Source of the DNA: an uncultured cyanobacterium
GTDB taxonomy: Bacteria; Cyanobacteriota; Cyanobacteriia; PCC-6307; Cyanobiaceae
Assembly: GCA_963697335.1 (NCBI GenBank)
Contig: CAVONQ010000006.1
Span: 1-64,000, forward strand
DNA: 64,000 nucleotides
Direction of reading: 5' to 3'
Below are positions 6,831 to 15,319 of this stretch, in pieces. The position numbers and the translations under genes are program-made. Below the pieces are notes generated by a model, which saw nothing but the letters and a program-made list of their open reading frames with translations, did not search any database and had not been told where the DNA came from. Positions within the stretch are counted from its first letter, which is position 1; each line of letters opens with the position of its first letter.

Positions 6831-6841
6831 GGAGGTTGGCC

Positions 6842-7090
6842 ATGCAACGCACCCAGATCTACCTGTCGGAGCCGGAGCGGCAAGGGCTGTTAGCCCTGGC
6901 CCAACGCAGCGGACGCAGCCAGAGCGCCCTGATCCGTGAAGCCATCGATCGCTTTCTGGAGAACAAACAGCCTGAAGAGCGGCTCGCCAAGCTTCGACAG
7001 GGGAGGGGCCTCTGGGCAGCCGGATCTGGTCCGCTGGATGGGCTGAAGTTGCGCCAGGAACTTGACCGCATCCCCCCCGAAGGCGGCTGA
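6842..7090 (+). CDS. CopG/RHH antitoxin
   Basis: MQRTQIYLSEPERQGLLALAQRSGRSQSALIREAIDRFL. Confidence 0.9.
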   Translation: MQRTQIYLSEPERQGLLALAQRSGRSQSALIREAIDRFLENKQPEERLAKLRQGRGLWAAGSGPLDGLKLRQELDRIPPEGG

Positions 7091-7491
7091 TGGCGTCCGC
7101 CGCGAATGGCTTGCTCGTGATCGACACGGATGTCTTGATCGACTACCTCCGCGATCAGCCCCTGGCGGTGGCATTCCTGGAAGGCTGCGATCAGCCTCTG
7201 GCGGCCTCTGTGGTGTCAATCGCTGAGCTCTACGTGGGTGTGCGCGAGGGGGTGGAGCGCCAGCGGTTGGATGCCTTTGTGTCGGCCTTTGAGGTGTTGC
7301 CGCTGGAGAAGGAGGCTGCGATGCAGGCGGGGCTGTGGCGCCGTCAGTACGGCCGCAGCCATGGCACGGGCCTCGCGGATGCCCTGATAGCTGCGAGTGT
7401 GCAGGCTGCCGGAGCAACTCTGGCCACGCTCAATCGGCGCCATTTCCTGATGCTCGCCCATGTGCTGGTTCCCTATGCGAAGGGAGGGTGA
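7090..7491 (+). CDS. vapC: VapC PIN-domain toxin
   Basis: VIDTDVLIDYLR...SIAELYVG...GLADALIAAS...ATLNRRHF. Confidence 0.9.
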   Translation: MASAANGLLVIDTDVLIDYLRDQPLAVAFLEGCDQPLAASVVSIAELYVGVREGVERQRLDAFVSAFEVLPLEKEAAMQAGLWRRQYGRSHGTGLADALIAASVQAAGATLATLNRRHFLMLAHVLVPYAKGG

Positions 7492-7697
7492 TCCTGAGCG
7501 GGCCCCGAACCGCTGGGGCGCAACAACCTGGGGCTCCGTCGTGGCGGCGCCGGCCCGGACAGCGCTGTCGACGAGCAAAGGGTCCTTGCCCGGCTGTACC
7601 GCGCTGGAGGCAACCTCACCACCAAGCCATCTGGTGTTCAAGACACCGCAACGGCCGCTTGATTCTTGCTGACTTCGCGGGGCTGGACGCACAGCGC

Positions 7698-7862
7698 CTA
7701 TCCCACTCCGCCGGAGCCGAGCGAGCGCAGAAGACCCCAGAGGCTGCCGCCGGCTTCGGGGCGCTCCACGCCCCGGTTCACAAACCACATGGTGGCCGCC
7801 ATGGCGTTGAGCGCCAGCACGGCCAGCCATACCCTCCATCCTTCCGGCAGCTTCATGGTCAT
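7698..7862 (-). CDS. Possible 54-aa single-pass membrane protein
   Basis: Manual: MTMKLPEGWRVWLAVLALNAMAATMWFVNRGVERPEAGGSLWGLLRSLGSGGVG*; below ORF-track cutoff. Confidence 0.35.
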   Translation of the reverse strand: MTMKLPEGWRVWLAVLALNAMAATMWFVNRGVERPEAGGSLWGLLRSLGSGGVG

Positions 7863-8022
7863 CGGTTCCGGCAACGGCGCCCATCATCTCCGGCGCGGTC
7901 ACCCCCTTCGAGCCTGAGCGGCTGGGCCTCGCCTTGCCTCGCTCCACCTCTCCCGTGCTCCCACCTTCCGGGTGTTCCGCAAGGGGCACGCGGTGATCGA
8001 GGTGCCAATGTGCTCCGCTGGA

Positions 8023-8283
8023 TCAGAAGATTCCCAGTGTTTTCTTCTTGCAGTAACCCGCCCCCACGTTCATCCAGCCCGAGTCGCAGGGTTTGCCGTC
8101 GGTAGGCTTCACCTGGTAATAGATGGGTGAGTTGCAGTGTTGCTTCAGGTCATTCACATAGCCGAGCGGGCACTCGTCATATCCCGGCAGTTTAGGAATC
8201 CGCTTCTGCGCCACGGCCGCGCTGGGGATCAACGCGGGTAGGGCGAGAAGCCCCATGACAAGCACAAGGGAAGGCTTTGGCAC
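8023..8283 (-). CDS. Small secreted Cys-containing hypothetical protein
   Basis: Signal-peptide-like N-terminus (..SAAVA|QK), four Cys in mature part; start uncertain (8283 or 8307). Confidence 0.65.
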   Translation of the reverse strand: MPKPSLVLVMGLLALPALIPSAAVAQKRIPKLPGYDECPLGYVNDLKQHCNSPIYYQVKPTDGKPCDSGWMNVGAGYCKKKTLGIF

Positions 8284-8535
8284 CGGGCAACCATTCAGCT
8301 GGTGCAACTCTAGGAGGGCTGACGTCGTGGCTTGGATCTGCCGAAGGTCTTGCCGTCGCGAATGCCGACGGCGATCACGTCCACGATCAAGTTGCTGGCA
8401 CCCATTGCGGAAAGGTAACCAATTCGATGGTCAGGCAGCGCCGCCCAGGCCATCTGTGACCCACTTTGGATCAGGCCTGCCATGCAGCTTGAAGCCCCTC
8501 CAGGCTGGCAACGGACAAGCCCCCCTCCTGATCCC

Positions 8536-10671
8536 ATGGCCAACACGCCTTCCCCCTCCGGCCTGGGACCTGATGGTGTGTGGTGGCGGATCCCGGCCCT
8601 GGACTGCGCCACGGAGGAGCTGGAGATTCGCCAGGCCCTGGAGGATGTGGCCGGCATTGCCGAGCTGCGCTTCCAGCTGGCCAGCCACAGCCTGCTGATC
8701 CGCGCCGATGCCTCCGCCCTGGCCCAGGCGGAAGCGGCGCTGCAGCGCCTGGGCTACCCGCCCCAGCGACTGGAGGGCAGCACGGCGTCCACGCCGCAGG
8801 CCTCCCCGGTTCCCTGGGGCCGGATGCTGCTGGCCCTGGCCCTCGCCGCCGCCGCGGAAGGGGTCAATGGGCTGGTGCCGGGCTCGCCGCCCCAGCAGGC
8901 CCTGGTGCTGGGGCTGTCGGCAAGTGCCATTGCGCTGGCCGGGCTGGCGGTGTACCTGAAGGGGCTGGCGGCCCTGCGCCATGGGCGGCTCAACATCAAC
9001 GCCCTGATGGCCGTGGCGGTGAGCGGGGCCTTCCTGATCGGTCACTGGCCGGAAGCAGGCATGGTGATGGCCCTCTACACCGTGGCCGAGGCGCTGGAGG
9101 CCCAGGCGGCAGACCGGGCCCGCCAGGCCATCGGCAGCCTGATGCAGCTAGCTCCCGATCTGGCCACGGTGGAGCTGCGACCTGGCGAGTGGGCCCGCAC
9201 CGAGGCGAGCAGTGTGGTTGTGGGCCAACGGCTGCGGGTGGAGCCGGGGGAGCGGATTCCCCTCGATGGGGTGGTGCTCAGCGGCCGCAGCGCCGTCAAC
9301 CAGGCCCCAGTCACCGGCGAGAGCCTGCCGGTGGAGAAGGCCAGCGGTGATCCGGTGTTTGCCGGCAGCCTGAACAGCGATGGCGCGCTGGAGATCCGCT
9401 CCACCTGCACGGCGGCCACCAGCACCCTGGCGCGGATCATCCACGCGGTGGAGGAGGCCCAGGCCTCCCGGGCGCCGATCCAGCGGTTTGTGGATCGCTT
9501 CGCGGCCCGCTACACGCCGGTGGTGTTCCTGCTGGCCCTGGCGGTGGCCCTGCTCAGCCCGTCGCTGCTGGGACTCACGCCCCTGGAGGCGGTGTACCGG
9601 GCCCTGGTGCTGCTGGTGATCGCCTGCCCCTGTGCCCTTGTGATCGCCACCCCGGTGACCCTGGTGAGTGCCCTCACCGCCGCCGCCCGGCGCGGCATCG
9701 TGATCAAGGGAGGACTGCACCTGGAGCAGGCCCGCACCCTGCGCCTGCTGGCCTTCGACAAGACCGGCACCCTCACCACCGGCCGCCCCAGACTGGAGGC
9801 CTTCGAGGTGCTGGCCGGCCGGGTTCCGGCCGACCAGCTGCGCCAGTGGGCCGCCTCCCTGGCCTGCCGCTCGGACCACCCGATCTCCCGCGCCATTGCG
9901 GCGGGGCTGGATGCTGAACGGCTGCAGGTGGAGGAGCTGAGCGTCAGCGGCGGCCGTGGTCTGAGCGGCCTGGTGGAGGGTCGGCACCTGTGGCTCGCCA
10001 GCCATCGCTGGATTCAGGAGCTGGGCCTCGACACCCCCGAGCTCAGGGAAATGGTCAGGCAGCAGGAGCAGCAGGCCCGCAGCGTCAGCCTGTTGGCCGA
10101 TGCCCAAGGGGTGCTCGCTCTCTGCGCCTCGGCCGATCCGCTCCGCCCTACTGCCGCCAGGGCCGTTGAGCGCCTGAAACAGCTCGGCCTCGACGTGGTG
10201 ATGCTCAGTGGCGACAACGCCCTCACGGCTGAGCTGATCGGCCGGCAGGCCGGCATCGAGCGGGTTCACAGCGGCCTGCTGCCGCAGCAGAAGCTGGAGC
10301 TGGTGGTCGCCCTCCAGAACGAGGGGCCCACCGGCATGGTGGGCGATGGCATCAATGACGCGCCCGCCCTGGCCGGGGCCACGGTGGGTTTTGCCATGGG
10401 GGCTGCCGGCAGTGACACCGCCATGGACACCGCCGATGTGGTGGTGATGGACGACGATCCGATCCGCCTGGCGGAAACCATCGTCCTGTCGCGCCAGACC
10501 TGGCGGGTGCTCTGGCAGAACATCGGCCTCGCCCTGGGCATCAAGGGGGCCTTTCTGCTGCTCACCCTCACCGGCAGCGCCACGATGTGGCAAGCCGTCG
10601 TCGCCGACATGGGCACCAGCCTGCTGGTGATCGCCAATGGGTTGCGGCTGCTGCGTCAGCGCTGGGGTTGA
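8536..10671 (+). CDS. Heavy-metal P1B-type ATPase (CadA/ZntA-like)
   Basis: LDCATEE metal-binding domain, TGES, CPC, DKTGT, HP, GDGINDAP. Confidence 0.95.
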   Translation: MANTPSPSGLGPDGVWWRIPALDCATEELEIRQALEDVAGIAELRFQLASHSLLIRADASALAQAEAALQRLGYPPQRLEGSTASTPQASPVPWGRMLLALALAAAAEGVNGLVPGSPPQQALVLGLSASAIALAGLAVYLKGLAALRHGRLNINALMAVAVSGAFLIGHWPEAGMVMALYTVAEALEAQAADRARQAIGSLMQLAPDLATVELRPGEWARTEASSVVVGQRLRVEPGERIPLDGVVLSGRSAVNQAPVTGESLPVEKASGDPVFAGSLNSDGALEIRSTCTAATSTLARIIHAVEEAQASRAPIQRFVDRFAARYTPVVFLLALAVALLSPSLLGLTPLEAVYRALVLLVIACPCALVIATPVTLVSALTAAARRGIVIKGGLHLEQARTLRLLAFDKTGTLTTGRPRLEAFEVLAGRVPADQLRQWAASLACRSDHPISRAIAAGLDAERLQVEELSVSGGRGLSGLVEGRHLWLASHRWIQELGLDTPELREMVRQQEQQARSVSLLADAQGVLALCASADPLRPTAARAVERLKQLGLDVVMLSGDNALTAELIGRQAGIERVHSGLLPQQKLELVVALQNEGPTGMVGDGINDAPALAGATVGFAMGAAGSDTAMDTADVVVMDDDPIRLAETIVLSRQTWRVLWQNIGLALGIKGAFLLLTLTGSATMWQAVVADMGTSLLVIANGLRLLRQRWG

Positions 10672-10674
10672 GCG

Positions 10675-11820
10675 ATGCCACCACGCCGGGTTGCCAGCAT
10701 CGCCACGGGCCTCAGCGCTCTGCTGCTGGGCTGGGGCGCCGTTCTCCCCCTGGCGGCTGCGGTTCCGCCGCAGCCGGTGTTGCGGGTGGGCCTGGTGGAC
10801 GGTGCACCCCCCTGCAGCAGCCGTGAAGCCGGAGACTGGCGGGGGCTGGCGGTGGATCTCTGGGGCCGGATCGCCACCCGGGAGCGGATTCCCTTTGTGG
10901 TGTCGGAGTGGCCTTCGGTGCAGGCGATGCTGGAGGCCAGCCGCAGCGGGGAGCTGGATGTGGCGGTGGGCTGCATCAACGTCTCCCCCGACCGCCTGGA
11001 GCGCTACCGCTTCAGCCTTCCCTTCCAGGAGGACGGCCTGGCGGTGATGGTGCTGCAGAGCCGCCTCGACCTGGGGCGTTCCTTCCTGGAGGCCCTGCTC
11101 ACCCCCACCCTGTTGCAGCTGCTGGGCGGCTATCTCACGGCGATCGCCCTGCTGGCCCTGCTCACCAGACGGGTGGAGCGGGGCGCCGAGCAGCCCAGGG
11201 CGTTCAGCCGCGAAGGTCTGCGCCGCTTCAGTGCCGTGTTCCAGGTGCTTGCCACCGGGCCAGGCAGCAACACGCTGGTGTCCACCATCCGCGGCAACGG
11301 CATCGTGCTGATGGCCTATCTGGTGAGGATCGTGTCGGCCTCACTGCTGGTGGGCTATCTCACGGTGAACGTGGCCCGCCAGGTGCAGGGCACGCCCAGC
11401 GCCAGGATCCGCGCCGAGGGCGATCTGCGTGGCCTGAGGGTGGCGGTACGCAGCGGCACCGTGAGCGAGGCCCTGTTGCGGGAGCTGAATGCCGGCAGCA
11501 GGGCCTTGAAGGTCACGATCGTGCCCCTGGACAACATCCGTTCGGGGGTGGATCTGCTGCTTGCCCGCCGCGTCGATGCCGTGCTTGGCGACAACCTGCA
11601 GCTTCGCTACCTTCTCACCAACGCCCCCCTGCAGGGTTCCCGGCCCAGCCTCGCCCTGCAGGGCATCCGCCCCGAATCGCAGGCGTTTGCCCTGGCCCCT
11701 GGCCTGCCGGCCGCCACGGCCGAGCGCATTGACCACGCCATCAGCGCTCTCAAGCGCAATGGCGTGGTCAGTGCGCTGCGCGAGCAGTCAACGGACCCTG
11801 CAGGCTCATCAACCCAGTGA
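10675..11820 (+). CDS. Family-3 substrate-binding protein split by two TM helices (GluR0-like architecture)
   Basis: Signal peptide, PBP lobe 1, TM, re-entrant-like segment, TM, PBP lobe 2. Confidence 0.75.
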   Translation: MPPRRVASIATGLSALLLGWGAVLPLAAAVPPQPVLRVGLVDGAPPCSSREAGDWRGLAVDLWGRIATRERIPFVVSEWPSVQAMLEASRSGELDVAVGCINVSPDRLERYRFSLPFQEDGLAVMVLQSRLDLGRSFLEALLTPTLLQLLGGYLTAIALLALLTRRVERGAEQPRAFSREGLRRFSAVFQVLATGPGSNTLVSTIRGNGIVLMAYLVRIVSASLLVGYLTVNVARQVQGTPSARIRAEGDLRGLRVAVRSGTVSEALLRELNAGSRALKVTIVPLDNIRSGVDLLLARRVDAVLGDNLQLRYLLTNAPLQGSRPSLALQGIRPESQAFALAPGLPAATAERIDHAISALKRNGVVSALREQSTDPAGSSTQ

Positions 11821-11978
11821 GCGGAGAGAGGCAGGCCCGATCCACATCTGCAGACCCGAAATTCAATGGGTTCAATGAGGACCTGAATGGGGCTTCTCAC
11901 GGAGCTTGCATCCCATGCTGGCCATTTGACGCTGATCCGGCCGATCGTGCGGCTTGATCATGCCCTTGAATTCCGTGA

Positions 11979-12806
11979 TTGATCCTTGCGGTGACAGCCA
12001 TCGTGTGCCCTGATGCTCTGCTCGGGGCCGCCGATCCCCCCGTGTTCCGGATCCTGGGCGCCATGGGTCGCTCCGAGGTGCTGCTCACCGCCGACCATGC
12101 CGGCCGCGCCATCCCCGGCTCCTTGGCACGACTCCAGCTCAGTGAGGATGTGCTGGGCACCCATGTGGCCTGGGATCTGGGCGTGGCTGCCCTGGCCGAG
12201 GGTCTTGCGGCGCGGCTGGATGCCTTCGCGATTCTGCACAACTATTCGCGGCTGGTGATCGACGTGAACCGTCCGCTCCAGGCGCCGGATTCGATCGTGA
12301 GCCTCAGCGAGCACACCGCCATTGCGGCTAACGCCACTCTCACCCCCGCCCAGCGCCATCAGCGGATCGAGGCGCTGTTCGAGCCCTACCACAACCGCAT
12401 CGCGGCCGAGCTCGCTGCCCGTGCCCGCCGCGCACAGCCCAGTGTCCTGGTTTGCCTGCATAGCTTCACCCCCGTCTATGCCGGGGTGGCGCGGCCCTGG
12501 CACGTGGGTGTGCTGTACGGCCGCGATGGTCGGCTGGCTGAACGGGTGCTGCGGAAGCTCCGGCAGGAGCCTGGCCTGCGGGTGGGCGACAACGAGCCCT
12601 ACGCGGCGAGCGAGCTCAGCGACCACACCCTGGTGGTGCATGGCGAGAGGCGCCGGATTCCCCACGTGGAGCTGGAGGTCCGCCAGGATCTGCTGGCCAC
12701 GGCGGCGGGTCAGCGGGCCTGGGCCGGGCGCCTCGCCACGGTGTTGAAGGCCGCCCTGGCGGAGGGGATCCCTCCACTGAAGGCGGATGGATCGCCACTA
12801 AGATGA
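11979..12806 (+). CDS. N-formylglutamate amidohydrolase family protein
   Basis: ADHAGRAIP, HVAWDLG, SRLVIDVNR, HSFTP, GDNEPY, ELEVRQDL. Confidence 0.9.
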   Translation: MILAVTAIVCPDALLGAADPPVFRILGAMGRSEVLLTADHAGRAIPGSLARLQLSEDVLGTHVAWDLGVAALAEGLAARLDAFAILHNYSRLVIDVNRPLQAPDSIVSLSEHTAIAANATLTPAQRHQRIEALFEPYHNRIAAELAARARRAQPSVLVCLHSFTPVYAGVARPWHVGVLYGRDGRLAERVLRKLRQEPGLRVGDNEPYAASELSDHTLVVHGERRRIPHVELEVRQDLLATAAGQRAWAGRLATVLKAALAEGIPPLKADGSPLR

Positions 12807-12809
12807 AGA

Positions 12810-13649
12810 ATGGGCAGACAACACAACCCCGCTCCAAGTCCCTCTGGCCCTGTGCAGATTCGGGTGGGGTTTGACCTCACGCTCCGTTGCCCGCAGCCCA
12901 CGCCGATGATCGCGACCCTCGGCGTGCACGCCAGCCGGGCCGCCGATCTGCTCGAGCAGGACATCCTGCAGGTGTCGCCTGCGGTGCCGATGCGGTCGTA
13001 CGTGGATTCCTATGGCAACCGCTGCCAGCGCCTGGTGGCGCCGACCGGGTTGCTGCGATTGCACGGCAGCGGCCTGGTGGCGGATTCCGGACTGCCCGAT
13101 CCGGTGCGGCCCGGGATGGGGCAGCGGCCGGTGGATGAGCTGCCCGAGGAGGTGCTGCTGTTCCTGCTCAGCAGCCGCTACTGCGAGAGCGACCTGCTCA
13201 CCGACCTGGCCTGGTCGCTGTTCGCAACGGCTCCCACCGGGTGGGGACGGGTGCAGGCGATCTGTGATTTCGTGCACCACCACGTGCGTTTCGACTACGG
13301 CCGCTCCAGCCCGACGAAATCGGCGCGCACCACCTACGAGAGCCAGGAAGGGGTCTGCCGCGACTTCGCCCATCTGGCGATTGCCTTCTGCCGTTGCATG
13401 AACATTCCGGCCCGCTACTGCACCGGCTACCTGAGCGACATCGGCGTGCCGCCGCCCCATGCGGCCATGGATTTCTCCGCCTGGTTCGAGGCCTATCTCG
13501 ACGAGGGTTGGCAGATGTTTGACCCACGCAACAACATTCCGCGGGTCGGGCGGATCCTGATCGCCCGAGGCAGGGATGCCGCCGATGTGGCTCTCACCAC
13601 CAGTTTCGGTCCATCCGGTCTTGAGGCGTTTCAGGTGTGGGCCGCCTGA
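12810..13649 (+). CDS. Transglutaminase-family protein
   Basis: GVCRDFAHLAIAFCRCMNIPARYCTGYL...MDFSAWFEAYL...FDPRNN. Confidence 0.9.
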   Translation: MGRQHNPAPSPSGPVQIRVGFDLTLRCPQPTPMIATLGVHASRAADLLEQDILQVSPAVPMRSYVDSYGNRCQRLVAPTGLLRLHGSGLVADSGLPDPVRPGMGQRPVDELPEEVLLFLLSSRYCESDLLTDLAWSLFATAPTGWGRVQAICDFVHHHVRFDYGRSSPTKSARTTYESQEGVCRDFAHLAIAFCRCMNIPARYCTGYLSDIGVPPPHAAMDFSAWFEAYLDEGWQMFDPRNNIPRVGRILIARGRDAADVALTTSFGPSGLEAFQVWAA

Positions 13650-13747
13650 ATGGCATGGTGCTTCGAGCACACAGCCTGGCAGGGGCCCTGAGGCACTCCT
13701 ACGCTGACATGATCGGGGATTGGTGAGAGTTCTGGAGACGTCATGAC

Positions 13748-14203
13748 ATGTTGTCCACACTGAAGTCCGGGGGTTTCGACACCCTCAGGGATGCCCTTGC
13801 CGCGATGCAAGGTGATGCCAGCGATTCGATTCCATTCCTGGTGCGCCTGCTGGAGAACCCTGCCAGTCCCATGGCCCTGCCGGGGATGATCGATCTGTAC
13901 CGGCATGATTGCCTGCATCTGTTGCTGGGCAGAGGTTTTTCTCTGCATGATGAGGCCTTCGTGGTGGGCTTCACGATGGGCAATGACCTGCGAACCCAGC
14001 CGATCCACCTCGCCATATTCAAAATCTGTTCATTGCTGTTCTATCCCAGGCCCTATCGCTTTGCTCGCTGCCACTTTCTATCGTTTGAGGCAGGTCTGGG
14101 TCTGGGGAAAACAGCCAGGCTGCGTAACATCAACCAGCTGGATTTCCGGGCATTGGAGCACCAGCCTATTCAGGATCTGAGGGAGTGGATCGGTATCGGC
14201 TGA
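13748..14203 (+). CDS. Hypothetical protein (HDxxH...E, Coq4-like motif)
   Basis: LYRHDCLHLLLGRGFSLHDEAFVVGFTMG. Confidence 0.65.
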   Translation: MLSTLKSGGFDTLRDALAAMQGDASDSIPFLVRLLENPASPMALPGMIDLYRHDCLHLLLGRGFSLHDEAFVVGFTMGNDLRTQPIHLAIFKICSLLFYPRPYRFARCHFLSFEAGLGLGKTARLRNINQLDFRALEHQPIQDLREWIGIG

Positions 14204-14223
14204 CTGGGGAACCGGGCTGGTCC

Positions 14224-14670
14224 TCAGCCAAGCGAGCTGAGCTCGATGCGCTTGCCCACCGACTCGGGCAGGTTGCGCGAGATCGGGCAGAGTTTCATGC
14301 GCTCCTGCATATAGGCGATGGCGTCGGCATCGGCGAGGCCCCGCTCCTGCTCGGGAGCAGTGGCATCGAGGCGGATGCGGAAGTCACCCTCCACGCTGGT
14401 CAGGATCCAGTCACTGCTGGTGGTCACGAGGAAGTCCGCCTCCACCTGTTGCAGCGGGATGGCCTTCTCCCTGGCATTGGCAACGAGATAGAAGTGCTGG
14501 CAGAGCAGCAGCGAGATCAGATAGAGGCGGAACCCCGGCATGGTGAGGCTGAGTTGCTGGGTTTCCCAGGTGCCGGCGTCAGTGAGGAACTCCACCACCA
14601 GGCCCTCGCTGGCCCGATCAGGGGCAGGGTGGCTGCTGCGCAGCCTGAACTGAAACATGCGTTCGCCCAT
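14224..14670 (-). CDS. OsmC-like protein
   Basis: Two spaced Cys (LLLCQHFY; KLCPISRNL), ~148 aa. Confidence 0.65.
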   Translation of the reverse strand: MGERMFQFRLRSSHPAPDRASEGLVVEFLTDAGTWETQQLSLTMPGFRLYLISLLLCQHFYLVANAREKAIPLQQVEADFLVTTSSDWILTSVEGDFRIRLDATAPEQERGLADADAIAYMQERMKLCPISRNLPESVGKRIELSSLG

Positions 14671-14719
14671 GGTGCCTGGTAAGGGGTGATGGTGAAGGGA
14701 TGGGATCGTGGGCCCTGAA

Positions 14720-15259
14720 TTACATCGCCACCCGGTTCCAGGGCATGGCGGCCAGCAGCCGCGCCATGCCACAGAAGCCGCTGATCCCGGCGAAGGTGAG
14801 CCCAGCGCCCACGAATCCACTCAGCCAGATCCAGCCCGGGGCCACCGTCTGGCTCAGGATCACCCCCAGCAGCACCAGGCTGCCGGCCGCGATCTGCACC
14901 TGGCGCATCAGTGGCAACGGTGCCCCCTTGAGCTTGCGCACGTCAAAACCGGCCTGCTGCCAGGCGGGCACACCACCCATCAGGTCGGCCACGGGGTGGG
15001 GATGGCCGTGCTGGAGCAGTTGGTCGATGGCCCTGGCACTGCGGTTGCCGCTCTGGCACACCAGCACCAGCGGCCCGCGGGGCAGATCGGCCTGGGTGAT
15101 ACGCGAGAGCGGCACGTTGAGGCTGCCGCTGATGTGGCCAGAGGCGTATTCCATTGGTTCACGCACATCAATCACGCTGACTTCGCGGGCAGCCAGCTGG
15201 TCGGCCAGGTCATGGGCGCTGATGCGGGTTGCGCCTGGTGTCGCGGAGGTGGTTGTCAT
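14720..15259 (-). CDS. Rhodanese + DUF2892 membrane protein (YgaP-like)
   Basis: IDVREPMEYASGHI, CQSGNRS, RQVQIAAG...GFCGMARLL..MPWN. Confidence 0.9.
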   Translation of the reverse strand: MTTTSATPGATRISAHDLADQLAAREVSVIDVREPMEYASGHISGSLNVPLSRITQADLPRGPLVLVCQSGNRSARAIDQLLQHGHPHPVADLMGGVPAWQQAGFDVRKLKGAPLPLMRQVQIAAGSLVLLGVILSQTVAPGWIWLSGFVGAGLTFAGISGFCGMARLLAAMPWNRVAM

Positions 15260-15319
15260 GGTTTGGGGAGTGAAGATCTGAGGAAGGGGGCACGAGCTAG
15301 ACGTTCGGAACTGGAAGCC

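Noticed and set aside
2013..7491. Classical integron (intI/attI/attC) explanation for the TA array
   Set aside because: No tyrosine recombinase in the window, and I could not find paired RYYYAAC...GTTRRRY attC ends after the cassettes. The repeats derive from a gene start and its upstream DNA instead. A formal IntegronFinder run is still needed.
8536..8620. Metal-binding domain with single Cys (DCATEE) instead of CxxC
   Set aside because: Known variant (DCxxEE) in CadA/ZntA-type ATPases.
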